Positions 13,901 to 28,900 of a stretch of DNA of 64,000 nt are shown here, piece after piece (the stretch's first letter is position 1; the number at the start of each line of letters is the position of its first letter). This DNA is from Phallusia mammillata. Taxonomy: Eukaryota. The stretch lies in contig OZ281496.1 in NCBI GenBank assembly GCA_965637545.1, positions 24,986,001-25,050,000 on the forward strand, read 5' to 3'. The position numbers and the translations under genes were made by a program. The notes under the pieces were generated by a model. That model searched no databases and was not told the origin of the DNA. It saw nothing but the letters and a program-made list of their open reading frames with translations.

Positions 13901-16900
13901 CAGATCAATTCGTTTCACTTCCACAGTGAAATTGGAGTCACAAACTTTAGTGATTTTCAAAGCAATCCTGTGATTTGGGAGACCAACTGCTGTTACCCAC
14001 ACTTCAACATTCTTGCTCAAAGTGCTATTAAATGGATATGTGAGTGAGGCAGTTGGACTAGAACTGATAGGAACAACTACATCACCCTTTTGTAACACTG
14101 AAGAAAACAAACAACAGCATTATTTATATATATTAGACTTATTTCATTTCTGTCAGAATTTTACCTTGTGGTAGGCCTGCAGTTGGAACTGAAAAAGATA
14201 TATGTTTCATTACTTAAGTATGATTGAAGTGTAATTGCAAGAACCAGTTGAAATAAATACATTAACTTACTTGCATCACTCCATCTAAATGCTTTCCAGT
14301 AAATCAGGCCATTTTCCTGCCAACCAACTGCTTTGTCCATTCTTGTGATGGACACATTAAAACCAAGATCAGAAGTAGATGTAACCTTGACCACAAATGT
14401 TCCATTTTGAGCTAGGAATGTCACTTCAACTTTGGCTGTCTGTTTGATGCATGAGTTGAAAGGAACAAACTCATTCAACACCTGGGTACTGCTTGCTCCT
14501 ACTCCATGGATTCCACTTTGTATAACTAAAAATAGAGACGAGATAAGCAAACCACACAATCAAACACCAATTTAACAACGCATGACTACTTGTCCAAACG
14601 CACCTTTTGATAGTGAAGCATTTTTTGTCAAAGCTACAGGTTCTGTAAGACAAAAATTGAAATCAACTGCTTTTTGACCACTAAAATACATTGTTGAGTT
14701 AATTTTTTGGCACTTTTCTCTGTTACCTGAAAAAACTTCATAGTACAATGGAAATGATTGGTTCCACCCTGATGGCAAATCAGTTCGTTTCACTTGCACA
14801 GTGAAATTGGAGTCACAAATTTGGATGAGTTTTAGAGTAAAGGTATGCTTGGGTAAACCAGGTGCAGTCACCTTCACTTCAACACTCTTGTTCAAAGTTT
14901 TCTTGAAAGGAAAAGTAAATGAGGCAGTTGGAGTAGAACTGTTCGAAATGATCATTGAACCAGTCTGCAATGCTGAAAAAGAATAGAGAAGTAAAGAGTC
15001 GATCAAATTCTTTACACATATCTACTGAATTAAAGGCCTTACTTTGGGGCAGACTTGGTTTTGTGGCAGTGATATTTTTGTTAGCAAGTGCTTTGGGTTC
15101 TGAAACAAAACATAAACTTGAAATTTGATTTTGAGTGTTTGCCATGTTAATTGTGAATAAACTTTAATAAACAAGATTACACTATTTGACACACACAACA
15201 ATTTTTCAATTTCAAGAACATCAATACATTACCTGAGAAAACTTCATAGTGCAATGAGAATGATTGGTTCCACCCTGATGGCAAATCAATTCGTTTCACT
15301 TGCACAGTGAAATTGGAGTCACAAATTTTAGTGACTTTCAAAGTAAAGGCATGTTTGGGTAGACCAGGTGCAGTCACCATCACTTCAACACTCTTGTTCA
15401 AAGTTTTATTGAAAGGAAAGGTAAATGAGGCAGTTGGAGTAGAACTGCTCGGAATGGTCATGGAACCATTCTGCAAAGCTGAAAAGCAATAGAGAAGTGA
15501 GGAGTCAATCAGATTTTTCACACAAAACCACTGGAGTTATAGCCTTACTTTGGGGCACACTTGGTGTAGTGGTAGGGATAGTTTTGTTTGCAAGGGCTTT
15601 GGGTTCTGAAACAAAACACAAACTTGAAATTTGAATAAATTTGCAAAGTGGATTCAATAGTTTGGAAAATTGACCTGAATACATTTTCCAATATAAAGTT
15701 GCACTTTGGTTCTGGGAAACTGGTGCATTTGAACCTGAAATTGTCACATCAAATCCCCAGTCACATATTTTTACAACATTAACACTGTAGGTTGATGCTC
15801 CACTCAACCAGACTCGAACTTGAATGCTCGAGTTCACGCATGACTGGAATGGAACTTTCAGGATCAATGGCACAGAAGATATTGGAGGAATTATCATCTT
15901 TCCTTCTTGAAGAACTAAAAACATTTTCGTAATTTAGTACAGATATTGTCAAAGCAAGTTCAAAAATAAATCATACAACCATTTTGGCAATAAAACACAA
16001 GTATTAAACTATCTTACTTTGAGGAGCATTTGATTGTGGTTTGATGGCTGTTTTGTTTGCAAGTTCTGGTTGCACTGCAATATAAAAAACAAACCAGCTT
16101 GACACATACAATTAAAAATATAAAGTTTGTCGCTTTGACAGTTAAAACACCTTTTAACAAAGCAACATAAAAATGAAATCAAAATAAATATGAAAAATAC
16201 CTGATAAAACCTTATACTGCAATGGGAATGATTGATTCCATCCCAATGGCAGATCAATTCGTTTCACTTCCACAGTGAAATTGGAGTCACAAACATTAGT
16301 GATTTTCAAAGCAATCCTATGATTTGGGAGACCAACTGCTGTTACCCACACTTCAACATTCTTGCTCAAAGTGCTATTAAATGGATATGTAAGTGAGGCA
16401 GTTGGACTAGAACTGATAGGAACAACTACATCACCCTTTTGTAACACTGAAGAAAACAAACAACAGCATTATTTATATATATTACACTTATTTCATTTCT
16501 GTCAGAATTTTACCTTGTGGTATGCCTGCAGTTGGAACTGAAAAAGATATATGTTTCATTACTCAAGTATGTTTGAAGTGTAATTGCAAGAACCAATTGA
16601 AATAAATACATTAACTTACTTGCATCACTCCATCTAAATGCTTTCCAGTAAATCAGGCCATTTTCCTGCCAACCAACTGCTTTGTCCATTCTTGTGATGG
16701 ACACATTAAAACCAAGATCAGAAGTAGATGTAACCTTGACCACAAATGTTCCATTTTGAGCTAGGAATGTCACTTCAACTTTGGCTGTCTGTTTGATGCA
16801 TGAGTTGAAAGGAACAAACTCATTCAACACCTGGGTACTGCTTGCTCCTACTCCATGGATTCCACTTTGTATAACTAAAAATAGAGACGAGATAAGCAAA

Positions 16901-19900
16901 CCACACAAACAAACACCAATTTAACAACGCATGACTACTTGTCCAAACTCACCTTTTGATAGTGAAGCATTTTTTGTCAAAGCTACAGGTTCTGTAAGAC
17001 AAAAATTGAAATCAACTGCTTTTTGACCACCAAAATACATTGTTGAGTTAATTTTTTTGCACTTTTCTCTGTTACCTGTAAAAACTTCATAGTACAATGG
17101 AAATGATTGGTTCCACCCTGATGGCAAATCAGTTCGTTTCACTTGCACAGTGAAATTGGAGTCACAAATTTGGATGAGTTTTAGAGTAAAGGTATGCTTG
17201 GGTAAACCAGGTGCAGTCACCTTCACTTCAACACTCTTGTTCAAAGTTTTCTTGAAAGGAAAAGTAAATGAGGCAGTTGGAGTAGAACTGTTCGAAATGA
17301 TCATTGAACCAGTCTGCAATGCTGAAAAAGAATAGAGAAGTAAAGAGTCGACCAAATTCTTTACACATATCTACTGAATTAAAGGCCTTACTTGGGGGCA
17401 GACTTGGTTTTGTGGCAGTGATATTTTTGTTAGCAAGTGCTTTGGGTTCTGAAACAAAACATAAACTTGAAATTTGATTTTGAGTGTTTGCCATGTTAAT
17501 TGTGAATAAACTTTAATAAACAAGATTACACTATTTGACACACACAACAATTTTTCAATTTCAAGAACATCAATACATTACCTGAGAAAACTTCATAGTG
17601 CAATGAGAATGATTGGTTCCACCCTGATGGCAAATCAATTCGTTTCACTTGCACAGTGAAATTGGAGTCACAAATTTTAGTGACTTTCAAAGTAAAGGCA
17701 TGTTTGGGTAGACCAGGTGCAGTCACCATCACTTCAACACTCTTGTTCAAAGTTTTATTGAAAGGAAAGGTAAATGAGGCAGTTGGAGTAGAACTGCTCG
17801 GAATGGTCATGGAACCATTCTGCAAAGCTGAAAAGCAATAGAGAAGTGAGGAGTCAATCAGATTTTTCACACAAAACCACTGGAGTTATAGCCTTACTTT
17901 GGGGCACACTTGGTGTAGTGGTAGTGATAGTTTTGTTTGCAAGGGCTTTGGGTTCTGAAACAAAATACAAACTTGAAATTTGAATAAATTTGCAAAGTGG
18001 ATTCAATAGTTTGGAAAATTGACCTGAATACATTTTCCAATATAAAGTTGCACTTTGGTTCTGGGAAACTGGTGCATTTGAACATGAAATTGTCACATCA
18101 AATCCCCAGTCACATATTTTTACAACATTAACAATGTAGGTTGATGCTCCACTCAACCAGACTCGAACTTGAATGCTCGAGTTCACGCATGACTGGAATG
18201 GAACTTTCAGGTTCAATGGCACAGAAGATATTGGAGGAATTATCATCTTTCCTTCTTGAAGAACTAAAAACATTTTTCGTAATTTAGTACAGATATTGTC
18301 AAAGCAAGTTCAAAAATAAATCATACAACCATTTTGGCAATAAAACACAAGTATTAAACACTCTTACTTTGAGGAGCATTTGATTGTGGTTTGATGGCTG
18401 TTTTGTTTGCAAGTTCTGGTTGCACTGCAATATAAAAAACAAACCAGCTTGACACATACAATTAAAAATATAAAGTTTGTCGCTTTGACAGTTAAAACAC
18501 CTTTTGACAAAGCAACATAAAAATGAAATCAAAATCAAAATGAAAAATACCTGATAAAACCTTATACTGCAATGGGAATGATTGATTCCATCCCAATGGC
18601 AGATCAATTCGTTTCACTTCCACAGTGAAATTGGAGTCACAAACATTAGTGATTTTCAAAGCAATCCTATGATTTGGGAGACCAACTGCTGTTACCCACA
18701 CTTCAACATTCTTGCTCAAAGTGCTATTAAATGGATATGTGAGTGAGGCAGTTGGACTAGAACTGATAGGAACAACTACATCACCCTTTTGTAACACTGA
18801 AGAAAACAAACAACAGCATTATTTATATATATTACACTTATTTCATTTCTGTCAGAATTTTACCTTGTGGTATGCCTGCAGTTGGAACTGAAAAAGATAT
18901 ATGTTTCATTACTCAAGTATGTTTGAAGTGTAATTGCAAGAACCAGTTGAAATAAATACATTAACTTACTTGCATCACTCCATCTAAATGCTTTCCAGTA
19001 AATCAGGCCATTTTCCTGCCAACCAACTGCTTTGTCCATTCTTGTGATGGACACATTAAAACCAAGATCAGAAGTAGATGTAACCTTGACCAAAAATGTT
19101 CCATTTTGAGCTAGGAATGTCACTTCAACTTTGGCTGTCTGTTTGATGCATGAGTTGAAAGGAACAAACTCATTCAACACCTGGGTACTGCTTGCTCCTA
19201 CTCCATGGATTCCACTTTGTATAACTAAAAATAGAGACGAGATAAGCAAACCACACAATCAAACACCAATTTAACAACGCATGACTACTTGTCCAAACGC
19301 ACCTTTTGATAGTGAAGCATTTTTTGTCAAAGCTACAGGTTCTGTAAGACAAAAATTGAAATCAACTGCTTTTTGACCACTAAAATACATTGTTGAGTTA
19401 ATTTTTTGGCACTTTTCTCTGTTACCTGAAAAAACTTCATAGTACAATGGAAATGATTGGTTCCACCCTGATGGCAAATCAGCTCGTTTCACTTGCACAG
19501 TGAAATTGGAGTCACAAATTTGGATGAGTTTTAGAGTAAAGGTATGCTTGGGTAAACCAGGTGCAGTCACCTTCACTTCAACACTCTTGTTCAAAGTTTT
19601 CTTGAAAGGAAAAGTAAATGAGGCAGTTGGAGTAGAACTGTTCGAAATGATCATTGAACCAGTCTGCAATGCTGAAAAAGAATAGAGAAGTAAAGAGTCG
19701 ATCAAATTCTTTACACATATCTACTGAATTAAAGGCCTTACTTGGGGGCAGACTTGGTTTTGTGGCAGTGATATTTTTGTTAGCAAGTGCTTTGGGTTCT
19801 GAAACAAAACATAAACTTGAAATTTGATTTTGAGTGTTTGCCATGTTAATTGTGAATAAACTTTAATAAACAAGATTACACTATTTGACACACACAACAA

Positions 19901-22900
19901 TTTTTCAATTTCAAGAACATCAATACATTACCTGAGAAAACTTCATAGTGCAATGAGAATGATTGGTTCCACCCTGATGGCAAATCAATTCGTTTCACTT
20001 GCACAGTGAAATTGGAGTCACAAATTTCAGTGACTTTCAAAGTAAAGGCATGTTTGGGTAGACCAGGTGCAGTCACCATCACTTCAACACTCTTGTTCAA
20101 AGTTTTATTGAAAGGAAAGGTAAATGAGGCAGTTGGAGTAGAACTGCTCGGAATGGTCATGGAACCATTCTGCAAAGCTGAAAAGCAATAGAGAAGTGAG
20201 GAGTCAATCAGATTTTTCACACAAAACCACTGGAGTTATAGCCTTACTTTGGGGCACACTTGGTGTAGTGGTAGGGATAGTTTTGTTTGCAAGGGCTTTG
20301 GGTTCTGAAACAAAACACAAACTTGAAATTTGAATAAATTTGCAAAGTGGATTCAATAGTTTGGAAAATTGACCTGAATACATTTTCCAATATAAAGTTG
20401 CACTTTGGTTCTGGGAAACTGGTGCATTTGAACCTGAAATTGTCACATCAAATCCCCAGTCACATATTTTTACAACATTAACACTGTAGGTTGATGCTCC
20501 ACTCAACCAGACTCGAACTTGAATGCTCGAGTTCACGCATGACTGGAATGGAACTTTCAGGATCAATGGCACAGAAGATATTGGAGGAATTATCATCTTT
20601 CCTTCTTGAAGAACTAAAAACATTTTCGTAATTTAGTACAGATATTGTCAAAGCAAGTTCAAAAATAAATCATACAACCATTTTGGCAATAAAACACAAG
20701 TATTAAACACTCTTACTTTGAGGAGCATTTGATTGTGGTTTGATGGCTGTTTTGTTTGCAAGTTCTGGTTGCACTGCAATATAAAAAACAAACCAGCTTG
20801 ACACATACAATTAAAAATATAAAGTTTGTCGCTTTGACAGTTAAAACACCTTTTAACAAAGCAACATAAAAATGAAATAAAAATAAATATGAAAAATACC
20901 TGATAAAACCTTATACTGCAATGGGAATGATTGATTCCATCCCAATGGCAGATCAATTCGTTTCACTTCCACAGTGAAATTGGAGTCACAAACATTAGTG
21001 ATTTTCAAAGCAATCCTATGATTTGGGAGACCAACTGCTGTTACCCACACTTCAACATTCTTGCTCAAAGTGCTATTAAATGGATATGTGAGTGAGGCAG
21101 TTGGACTAGAACTGATAGGAACAACTACATCACCCTTTTGTAACACTGAAGAAAACAAACAACAGCATTATTTATATATATTACACTTATTTCATTTCTG
21201 TCAGAATTTTACCTTGTGGTATGCCTGCAGTTGGAACTGAAAAAGATATATGTTTCATTACTCAAGTATGTTTGAAGTGTAATTGCAAGAACCAGTTGAA
21301 ATAAATACATTAACTTACTTGCATCACTCCATCTAAATGCTTTCCAGTAAATCAGGCCATTTTCCTGCCAACCAACTGCTTTGTCCATTCTTGTGATGGA
21401 CACATTAAAACCAAGATCAGAAGTAGATGTAACCTTGACCACAAATGTTCCATTTTGAGCTAGGAATGTCACTTCAACTTTGGCTGTCTGTTTGATGCAT
21501 GAGTTGAAAGGAACAAACTCATTCAACACCTGGGTACTGCTTGCTCCTACTCCATGGATTCCACTTTGTATAACTAAAAATAGAGACGAGATAAGCAAAC
21601 CACACAATCAAACACCAATTTAACAACGCATGACTACTTGTCCAAACGCACCTTTTGATAGTGAAGCATTTTTTGTCAAAGCTACAGGTTCTGTAAGACA
21701 AAAATTGAAATCAACTGCTTTTTGACCACTAAAATACATTGTTGAGTTAATTTTTTGGCACTTTTCTCTGTTACCTGAAAAAACTTCATAGTACAATGGA
21801 AATGATTGGTTCCACCCTGATGGCAAATCAGCTCGTTTCACTTGCACAGTGAAATTGGAGTCACAAATTTGGATGAGTTTTAGAGTAAAGGTATGCTTGG
21901 GTAAACCAGGTGCAGTCACCTTCACTTCAACACTCTTGTTCAAAGTTTTCTTGAAAGGAAAAGTAAATGAGGCAGTTGGAGTAGAACTGTTCGAAATGAT
22001 CATTGAACCAGTCTGCAATGCTGAAAAAGAATAGAGAAGTAAAGAGTCGATCAAATTCTTTACACATATCTACTGAATTAAAGGCCTTACTTGGGGGCAG
22101 ACTTGGTTTTGTGGCAGTGATATTTTTGTTAGCAAGTGCTTTGGGTTCTGAAACAAAACATAAACTTGAAATTTGATTTTGAGTGTTTGCCATGTTAATT
22201 GTGAATAAACTTTAATAAACAAGATTACACTATTTGACACACACAACAATTTTTCAATTTCAAGAACATCAATACATTACCTGAGAAAACTTCATAGTGC
22301 AATGAGAATGATTGGTTCCACCCTGATGGCAAATCAATTCGTTTCACTTGCACAGTGAAATTGGAGTCACAAATTTCAGTGACTTTCAAAGTAAAGGCAT
22401 GTTTGGGTAGACCAGGTGCAGTCACCATCACTTCAACACTCTTGTTCAAAGTTTTATTGAAAGGAAAGGTAAATGAGGCAGTTGGAGTAGAACTGCTCGG
22501 AATGGTCATGGAACCATTCTGCAAAGCTGAAAAGCAATAGAGAAGTGAGGAGTCAATCAGATTTTTCACACAAAACCACTGGAGTTATAGCCTTACTTTG
22601 GGGCACACTTGGTGTAGTGGTAGGGATAGTTTTGTTTGCAAGGGCTTTGGGTTCTGAAACAAAACACAAACTTGAAATTTGAATAAATTTGCAAAGTGGA
22701 TTCAATAGTTTGGAAAATTGACCTGAATACATTTTCCAATATAAAGTTGCACTTTGGTTCTGGGAAACTGGTGCATTTGAACCTGAAATTGTCACATCAA
22801 ATCCCCAGTCACATATTTTTACAACATTAACACTGTAGGTTGATGCTCCACTCAACCAGACTCGAACTTGAATGCTCGAGTTCACGCATGACTGGAATGG

Positions 22901-25900
22901 AACTTTCAGGATCAATGGCACAGAAGATATTGGAGGAATTATCATCTTTCCTTCTTGAAGAACTAAAAACATTTTCGTAATTTAGTACAGATATTGTCAA
23001 AGCAAGTTCAAAAATAAATCATACAACCATTTTGGCAATAAAACACAAGTATTAAACTATCTTACTTTGAGGAGCATTTGATTGTGGTTTGATGGCTGTT
23101 TTGTTTGCAAGTTCTGGTTGCACTGCAATATAAAAAACAAACCAGCTTGACACATACAATTAAAAATATAAAGTTTGTCGCTTTGACAGTTAAAACACCT
23201 TTTAACAAAGCAACATAAAAATGAAATCAAAATAAATATGAAAAATACCTGATAAAACCTTATACTGCAATGGGAATGATTGATTCCATCCCAATGGCAG
23301 ATCAATTCGTTTCACTTCCACAGTGAAATTGGAGTCACAAACATTAGTGATTTTCAAAGCAATCCTATGATTTGGGAGACCAACTGCTGTTACCCACACT
23401 TCAACATTCTTGCTCAAAGTGCTATTAAATGGATATGTGAGTGAGGCAGTTGGACTAGAACTGATAGGAACAACTACATCACCCTTTTGTAACACTGAAG
23501 AAAACAAACAACAGCATTATTTATATATATTACACTTATTTCATTTCTGTCAGAATTTTACCTTGTGGTATGCCTGCAGTTGGAACTGAAAAAGATATAT
23601 GTTTCATTACTCAAGTATGTTTGAAGTGTAATTGCAAGAACCAGTTGAAATAAATACATTAACTTACTTGCATCACTCCATCTAAATGCTTTCCAGTAAA
23701 TCAGGCCATTTTCCTGCCAACCAACTGCTTTGTCCATTCTTGTGATGGACACATTAAAACCAAGATCAGAAGTAGATGTAACCTTGACCACAAATGTTCC
23801 ATTTTGAGCTAGGAATGTCACTTCAACTTTGGCTGTCTGTTTGATGCATGAGTTGAAAGGAACAAACTCATTCAACACCTGGGTACTGCTTGCTCCTACT
23901 CCATGGATTCCACTTTGTATGACTAAAAATAGAGACGAGATAAGCAAACCACACAATCAAACACCAATTTAACAACGCATGACTACTTGTCCAAACGCAC
24001 CTTTTGATAGTGAAGCATTTTTTGTCAAAGCTACAGGTTCTGTAAGACAAAAATTGAAATCAACTGCTTTTTGACCACTAAAATACATTGTTGAGTTAAT
24101 TTTTTGGCCCTTTTCTCTGTTACCTGAAAAAACTTCATAGTACAATGGAAATGATTGGTTCCACCCTGATGGCAAATCAGTTCGTTTCACTTGCACAGTG
24201 AAATTGGAGTCACAAATTTGGATGAGTTTTAGAGTAAAGGTATGCTTGGGTAAACCAGGTGCAGTCACCTTCACTTCAACACTCTTGTTCAAAGTTTTCT
24301 TGAAAGGAAAAGTAAATGAGGCAGTTGGAGTAGAACTGTTCGAAATGATCATTGAACCAGTCTGCAATGCTGAAAAAGAATAGAGAAGTAAAGAGTCGAC
24401 CAAATTCTTTACACATATCTACTGAATTAAAGGCCTTACTTGGGGGCAGACTTGGCTTTGTGGCAGTGATATTTTTGTTAGCAAGTGCTTTGGGTTCTGA
24501 AACAAAACATAAACTTGAAATTTGATTTTGAGTGTTTGCCATGTTAATTGTGAATAAACTTTAATAAACAAGATTACACTATTTGACACACACAACAATT
24601 TTTCAATTTCAAGAACATCAATACATTACCTGAGAAAACTTCATAGTGCAATGAGAATGATTGGTTCCACCCTGATGGCAAATCAATTCGTTTCACTTGC
24701 ACAGTGAAATTGGAGTCACAAATTTCAGTGACTTTCAAAGTAAAGGCATGTTTGGGTAGACCAGGTGCAGTCACCATCACTTCAACACTCTTGTTCAAAG
24801 TTTTATTGAAAGGAAAGGTAAATGAGGCAGTTGGAGTAGAACTGCTCGGAATGGTCATGGAACCATTCTGCAAAGCTGAAAAGCAATAGAGAAGTGAGGA
24901 GTCAATCAGATTTTTCACACAAAACCACTGGAGTTATAGCCTTACTTTGGGGCACACTTGGTGTAGTGGTAGGGATAGTTTTGTTTGCAAGGGCTTTGGG
25001 TTCTGAAACAAAACACAAACTTGAAATTTGAATAAATTTGCAAAGTGGATTCAATAGTTTGGAAAATTGACCTGAATACATTTTCCAATATAAAGTTGCA
25101 CTTTGGTTCTGGGAAACTGGTGCATTTGAACCTGAAATTGTCACATCAAATCCCCAGTCACATATTTTTACAACATTAACACTGTAGGTTGATGCTCCAC
25201 TCAACCAGACTCGAACTTGAATGCTCGAGTTCACGCATGACTGGAATGGAACTTTCAGGATCAATGGCACAGAAGATATTGGAGGAATTATCATCTTTCC
25301 TTCTTGAAGAACTAAAAACATTTTCGTAATTTAGTACAGATATTGTCAAAGCAAGTTCAAAAATAAATCATACAACCATTTTGGCAATAAAACACAAGTA
25401 TTAAACACTCTTACTTTGAGGAGCATTTGATTGTGGTTTGATGGCTGTTTTGTTTGCAAGTTCTGGTTGCACTGCAATATAAAAAACAAACCAGCTTGAC
25501 ACATACAATTAAAAATATAAAGTTTGTCGCTTTGACAGTTAAAACACCTTTTAACAAAGCAACATAAAAATGAAATAAAAATAAATATGAAAAATACCTG
25601 ATAAAACCTTATACTGCAATGGGAATGATTGATTCCATCCCAATGGCAGATCAATTCGTTTCACTTCCACAGTGAAATTGGAGTCACAAACATTAGTGAT
25701 TTTCAAAGCAATCCTATGATTTGGGAGACCAACTGCTGTTACCCACACTTCAACATTCTTGCTCAAAGTGTTATTAAATGGATATGTGAGTGAGGCAGTT
25801 GGACTAGAACTGATAGGAACAACTATATCACCCTTTTGTAACACTGAAGAAAACAAACAACAGCATTATTTATATATATTACACTTATTTCATTTCTGTC

Positions 25901-28900
25901 AGAATTTTACCTTGTGGTAGGCCTGCAGTTGGAACTGAAAAAGATATATGTTTCATTACTCAAGTATGTTTGAAGTGTAATTGCAAGAACCAGTTGAAAT
26001 AAATACATTAACTTACTTGCATCACTCCATCTAAATGCTTTCCAGTAAATCAGGCCATTTTCCTGCCAACCAACTGCTTTGTCCATTCTTGTGATGGACA
26101 CATTAAAACCAAGATCAGAAGTAGATGTAACCTTGACCACAAATGTTCCATTTTGAGCTAGGAATGTCACTTCAACTTTGGCTGTCTGTTTGATGCATGA
26201 GTTGAAAGGAACAAACTCATTCAACACCTGGGTACTGCTTGCTCCTACTCCATGGATTCCACTTTGTATAACTAAAAATAGAGACGAGATAAGCAAACCA
26301 CACAATCAAACACCAATTTAACAACGCATGACTACTTGTCCAAACGCACCTTTTGATAGTGAAGCATTTTTTGTCAAAGCTACAGGTTCTGTAAGACAAA
26401 AATTGAAATCAACTGCTTTTTGACCACTAAAATACATTGTTGAGTTAATTTTTTGGCCCTTTTCTCTGTTACCTGAAAAAACTTCATAGTACAAAGGAAA
26501 TGATTGGTTCCACCCTGATGGCAAATCAGTTCGTTTCACTTGCACAGTGAAATTGGAGTCACAAATTTGGATGAGTTTTAGAGTAAAGGTATGCTTGGGT
26601 AAACCAGGTGCAGTCACCTTCACTTCAACACTCTTGTTCAAAGTTTTCTTGAAAGGAAAAGTAAATGAGGCAGTTGGAGTAGAACTGTTCGAAATGATCA
26701 TTGAACCAGTCTGCAATGCTGAAAAAGAATAGAGAAGTAAAGAGTCGATCAAATTCTTTACACATATCTACTGAATTAAAGGCCTTACTTGGGGGCAGAC
26801 TTGGTTTTGTGGTAGTGATATTTTTGTTAGCAAGTGCTTTGGGTTCTGAAACAAAACATAAACTTGAAATTTGATTTTGAGTGTTTGCCATCTTAATTGT
26901 GAATAAACTTTAATAAACAAGATTACACTATTTGACACACAAAACAATTTTTCAATTTCAAGAACATCAATACATTACCTGAGAAAACTTCATAGTGCAA
27001 TGAGAATGATTGGTTCCACCCTGATGGCAAATCAATTCGTTTCACTTGCACAGTGAAATTGGAGTCACAAATTTTAGTGACTTTCAAAGTAAAGGCATGT
27101 TTGGGTAGACCAGGTGCAGTCACCATCACTTCAACACTCTTGTTCAAAGTTTTATTGAAAGGAAAGGTAAATGAGGCAGTTGGAGTAGAACTGCTCGGAA
27201 TGGTCATGGAACCATTCTGCAAAGCTGAAAAGCAATAGAGAAGTGAGGAGTCAATCAGATTTTTCACACAAAACCACTGGAGTTATAGCCTTACTTTGGG
27301 GCACACTTGGTGTAGTGGTAGTGATAGTTTTGTTTGCAAGGGCTTTGGGTTCTGAAACAAAATACAAACTTGAAATTTGAATAAATTTGCAAAGTGGATT
27401 CAATAGTTTGGAAAATTGACCTGAATACATTTTCCAATATAAAGTTGCACTTTGGTTCTGGGAAACTGATGCATTTGAACCTGAAATTGTCACATCAAAT
27501 CCCCAGTCACATATTTTTACAACATTAACACTGTAGGTTGATGCTACACTTAACCAAACTCGAACTTGAATGCTCGAGTTCACACATGACCGGAATGGAA
27601 CTTTCAGGTTCAATGGCACAGAAGATATTGGAGGAATTCTCATCTTTCCTTCTTGAAGAACTAAAACATTTTCGTAATTTAGTACAGATATTGTCAAAGC
27701 AAGTTCAAAAATAAATCATACAACCATTTTGGCAATAAAACACAAGTATTAAACTATCTTACTTTGAGGAGCATTTGATTGTGGTTTGATGGCTGTTTTG
27801 TTTGCAAGTTCTTGTTGCACTACAATATAAAAATGAACCAGCTAGTTAAATACAGTTGTAAAAAAAACATTCGCACCTTTGACAGTTAAAACACCTTTTG
27901 AAAAAGCAACGTAGAAATGAAATAAAAAACTAAAATGATATATACCTGAGAAAACTTTAAATTGCAAAGGGAATGATTGATTCCATCCCAATGGCAGATC
28001 AATTCGTTTCACTTCCACAGTGAAATTGGAGTCACAAACATTAGTGATTTTCAAAGCAATCCTGTGATTTGGGAGACCAACTGCTGTTACCCACACTTCA
28101 ACATTCTTGCTCAAAGTGTTATTAAATGGATATGTGAGTGAGGCAGTTGGACTAGAACTGATAGGAACAACTACATCACCCTTTTGTAACACTGAAGAAA
28201 ACAAACAACAGCATTATTTATATATATTACACTTATTTCATTTCTGTCAGAATTTTACCTTGTGGTAGGCCTGCAGTTGGAACTGAAAAAGATATATGTT
28301 TCATTACTCAAGTATGTTTGAAGTGTAATTGCAAGAACCAGTTGAAATAAATACATTAACTTACTTGCATCACTCCATCTAAATGCTTTCCAGTAAATCA
28401 GGCCATTTTCCTGCCAACCAACTGCTTTGTCCATTCTTGTGATGGACACATTAAAACCAAGATCAGAAGTAGATGTAACCTTGACCACAAATGTTCCATT
28501 TTGAGCTAGGAATGTCACTTCAACTTTGGCTGTCTGTTTGATGCATGAGTTGAAAGGAACAAACTCATTCAACACCTGGGTACTGCTTGCTCCTACTCCA
28601 TGGATTCCACTTTGTATAACTAAAAATAGAGACGAGATAAGCAAACCACACAATCAAACACCAATTTAACAACGCATGACTACTTGTCCAAACGCACCTT
28701 TTGATAGTGAAGCATTTTTTGTCAAAGCTACAGGTCCTGTAAGACAAAAATTGAAATCAACTGCTTTTTGACCACTAAAATACATTGTTCAGTTATTTTT
28801 TTTGCACTTTTCTCTGTTACCTGAAAAAACTTCATAGTACAATGGAAATGATTGGTTCCACCCTGATGGCAAATCAGTTCGTTTCACTTGCACAGTGAAA

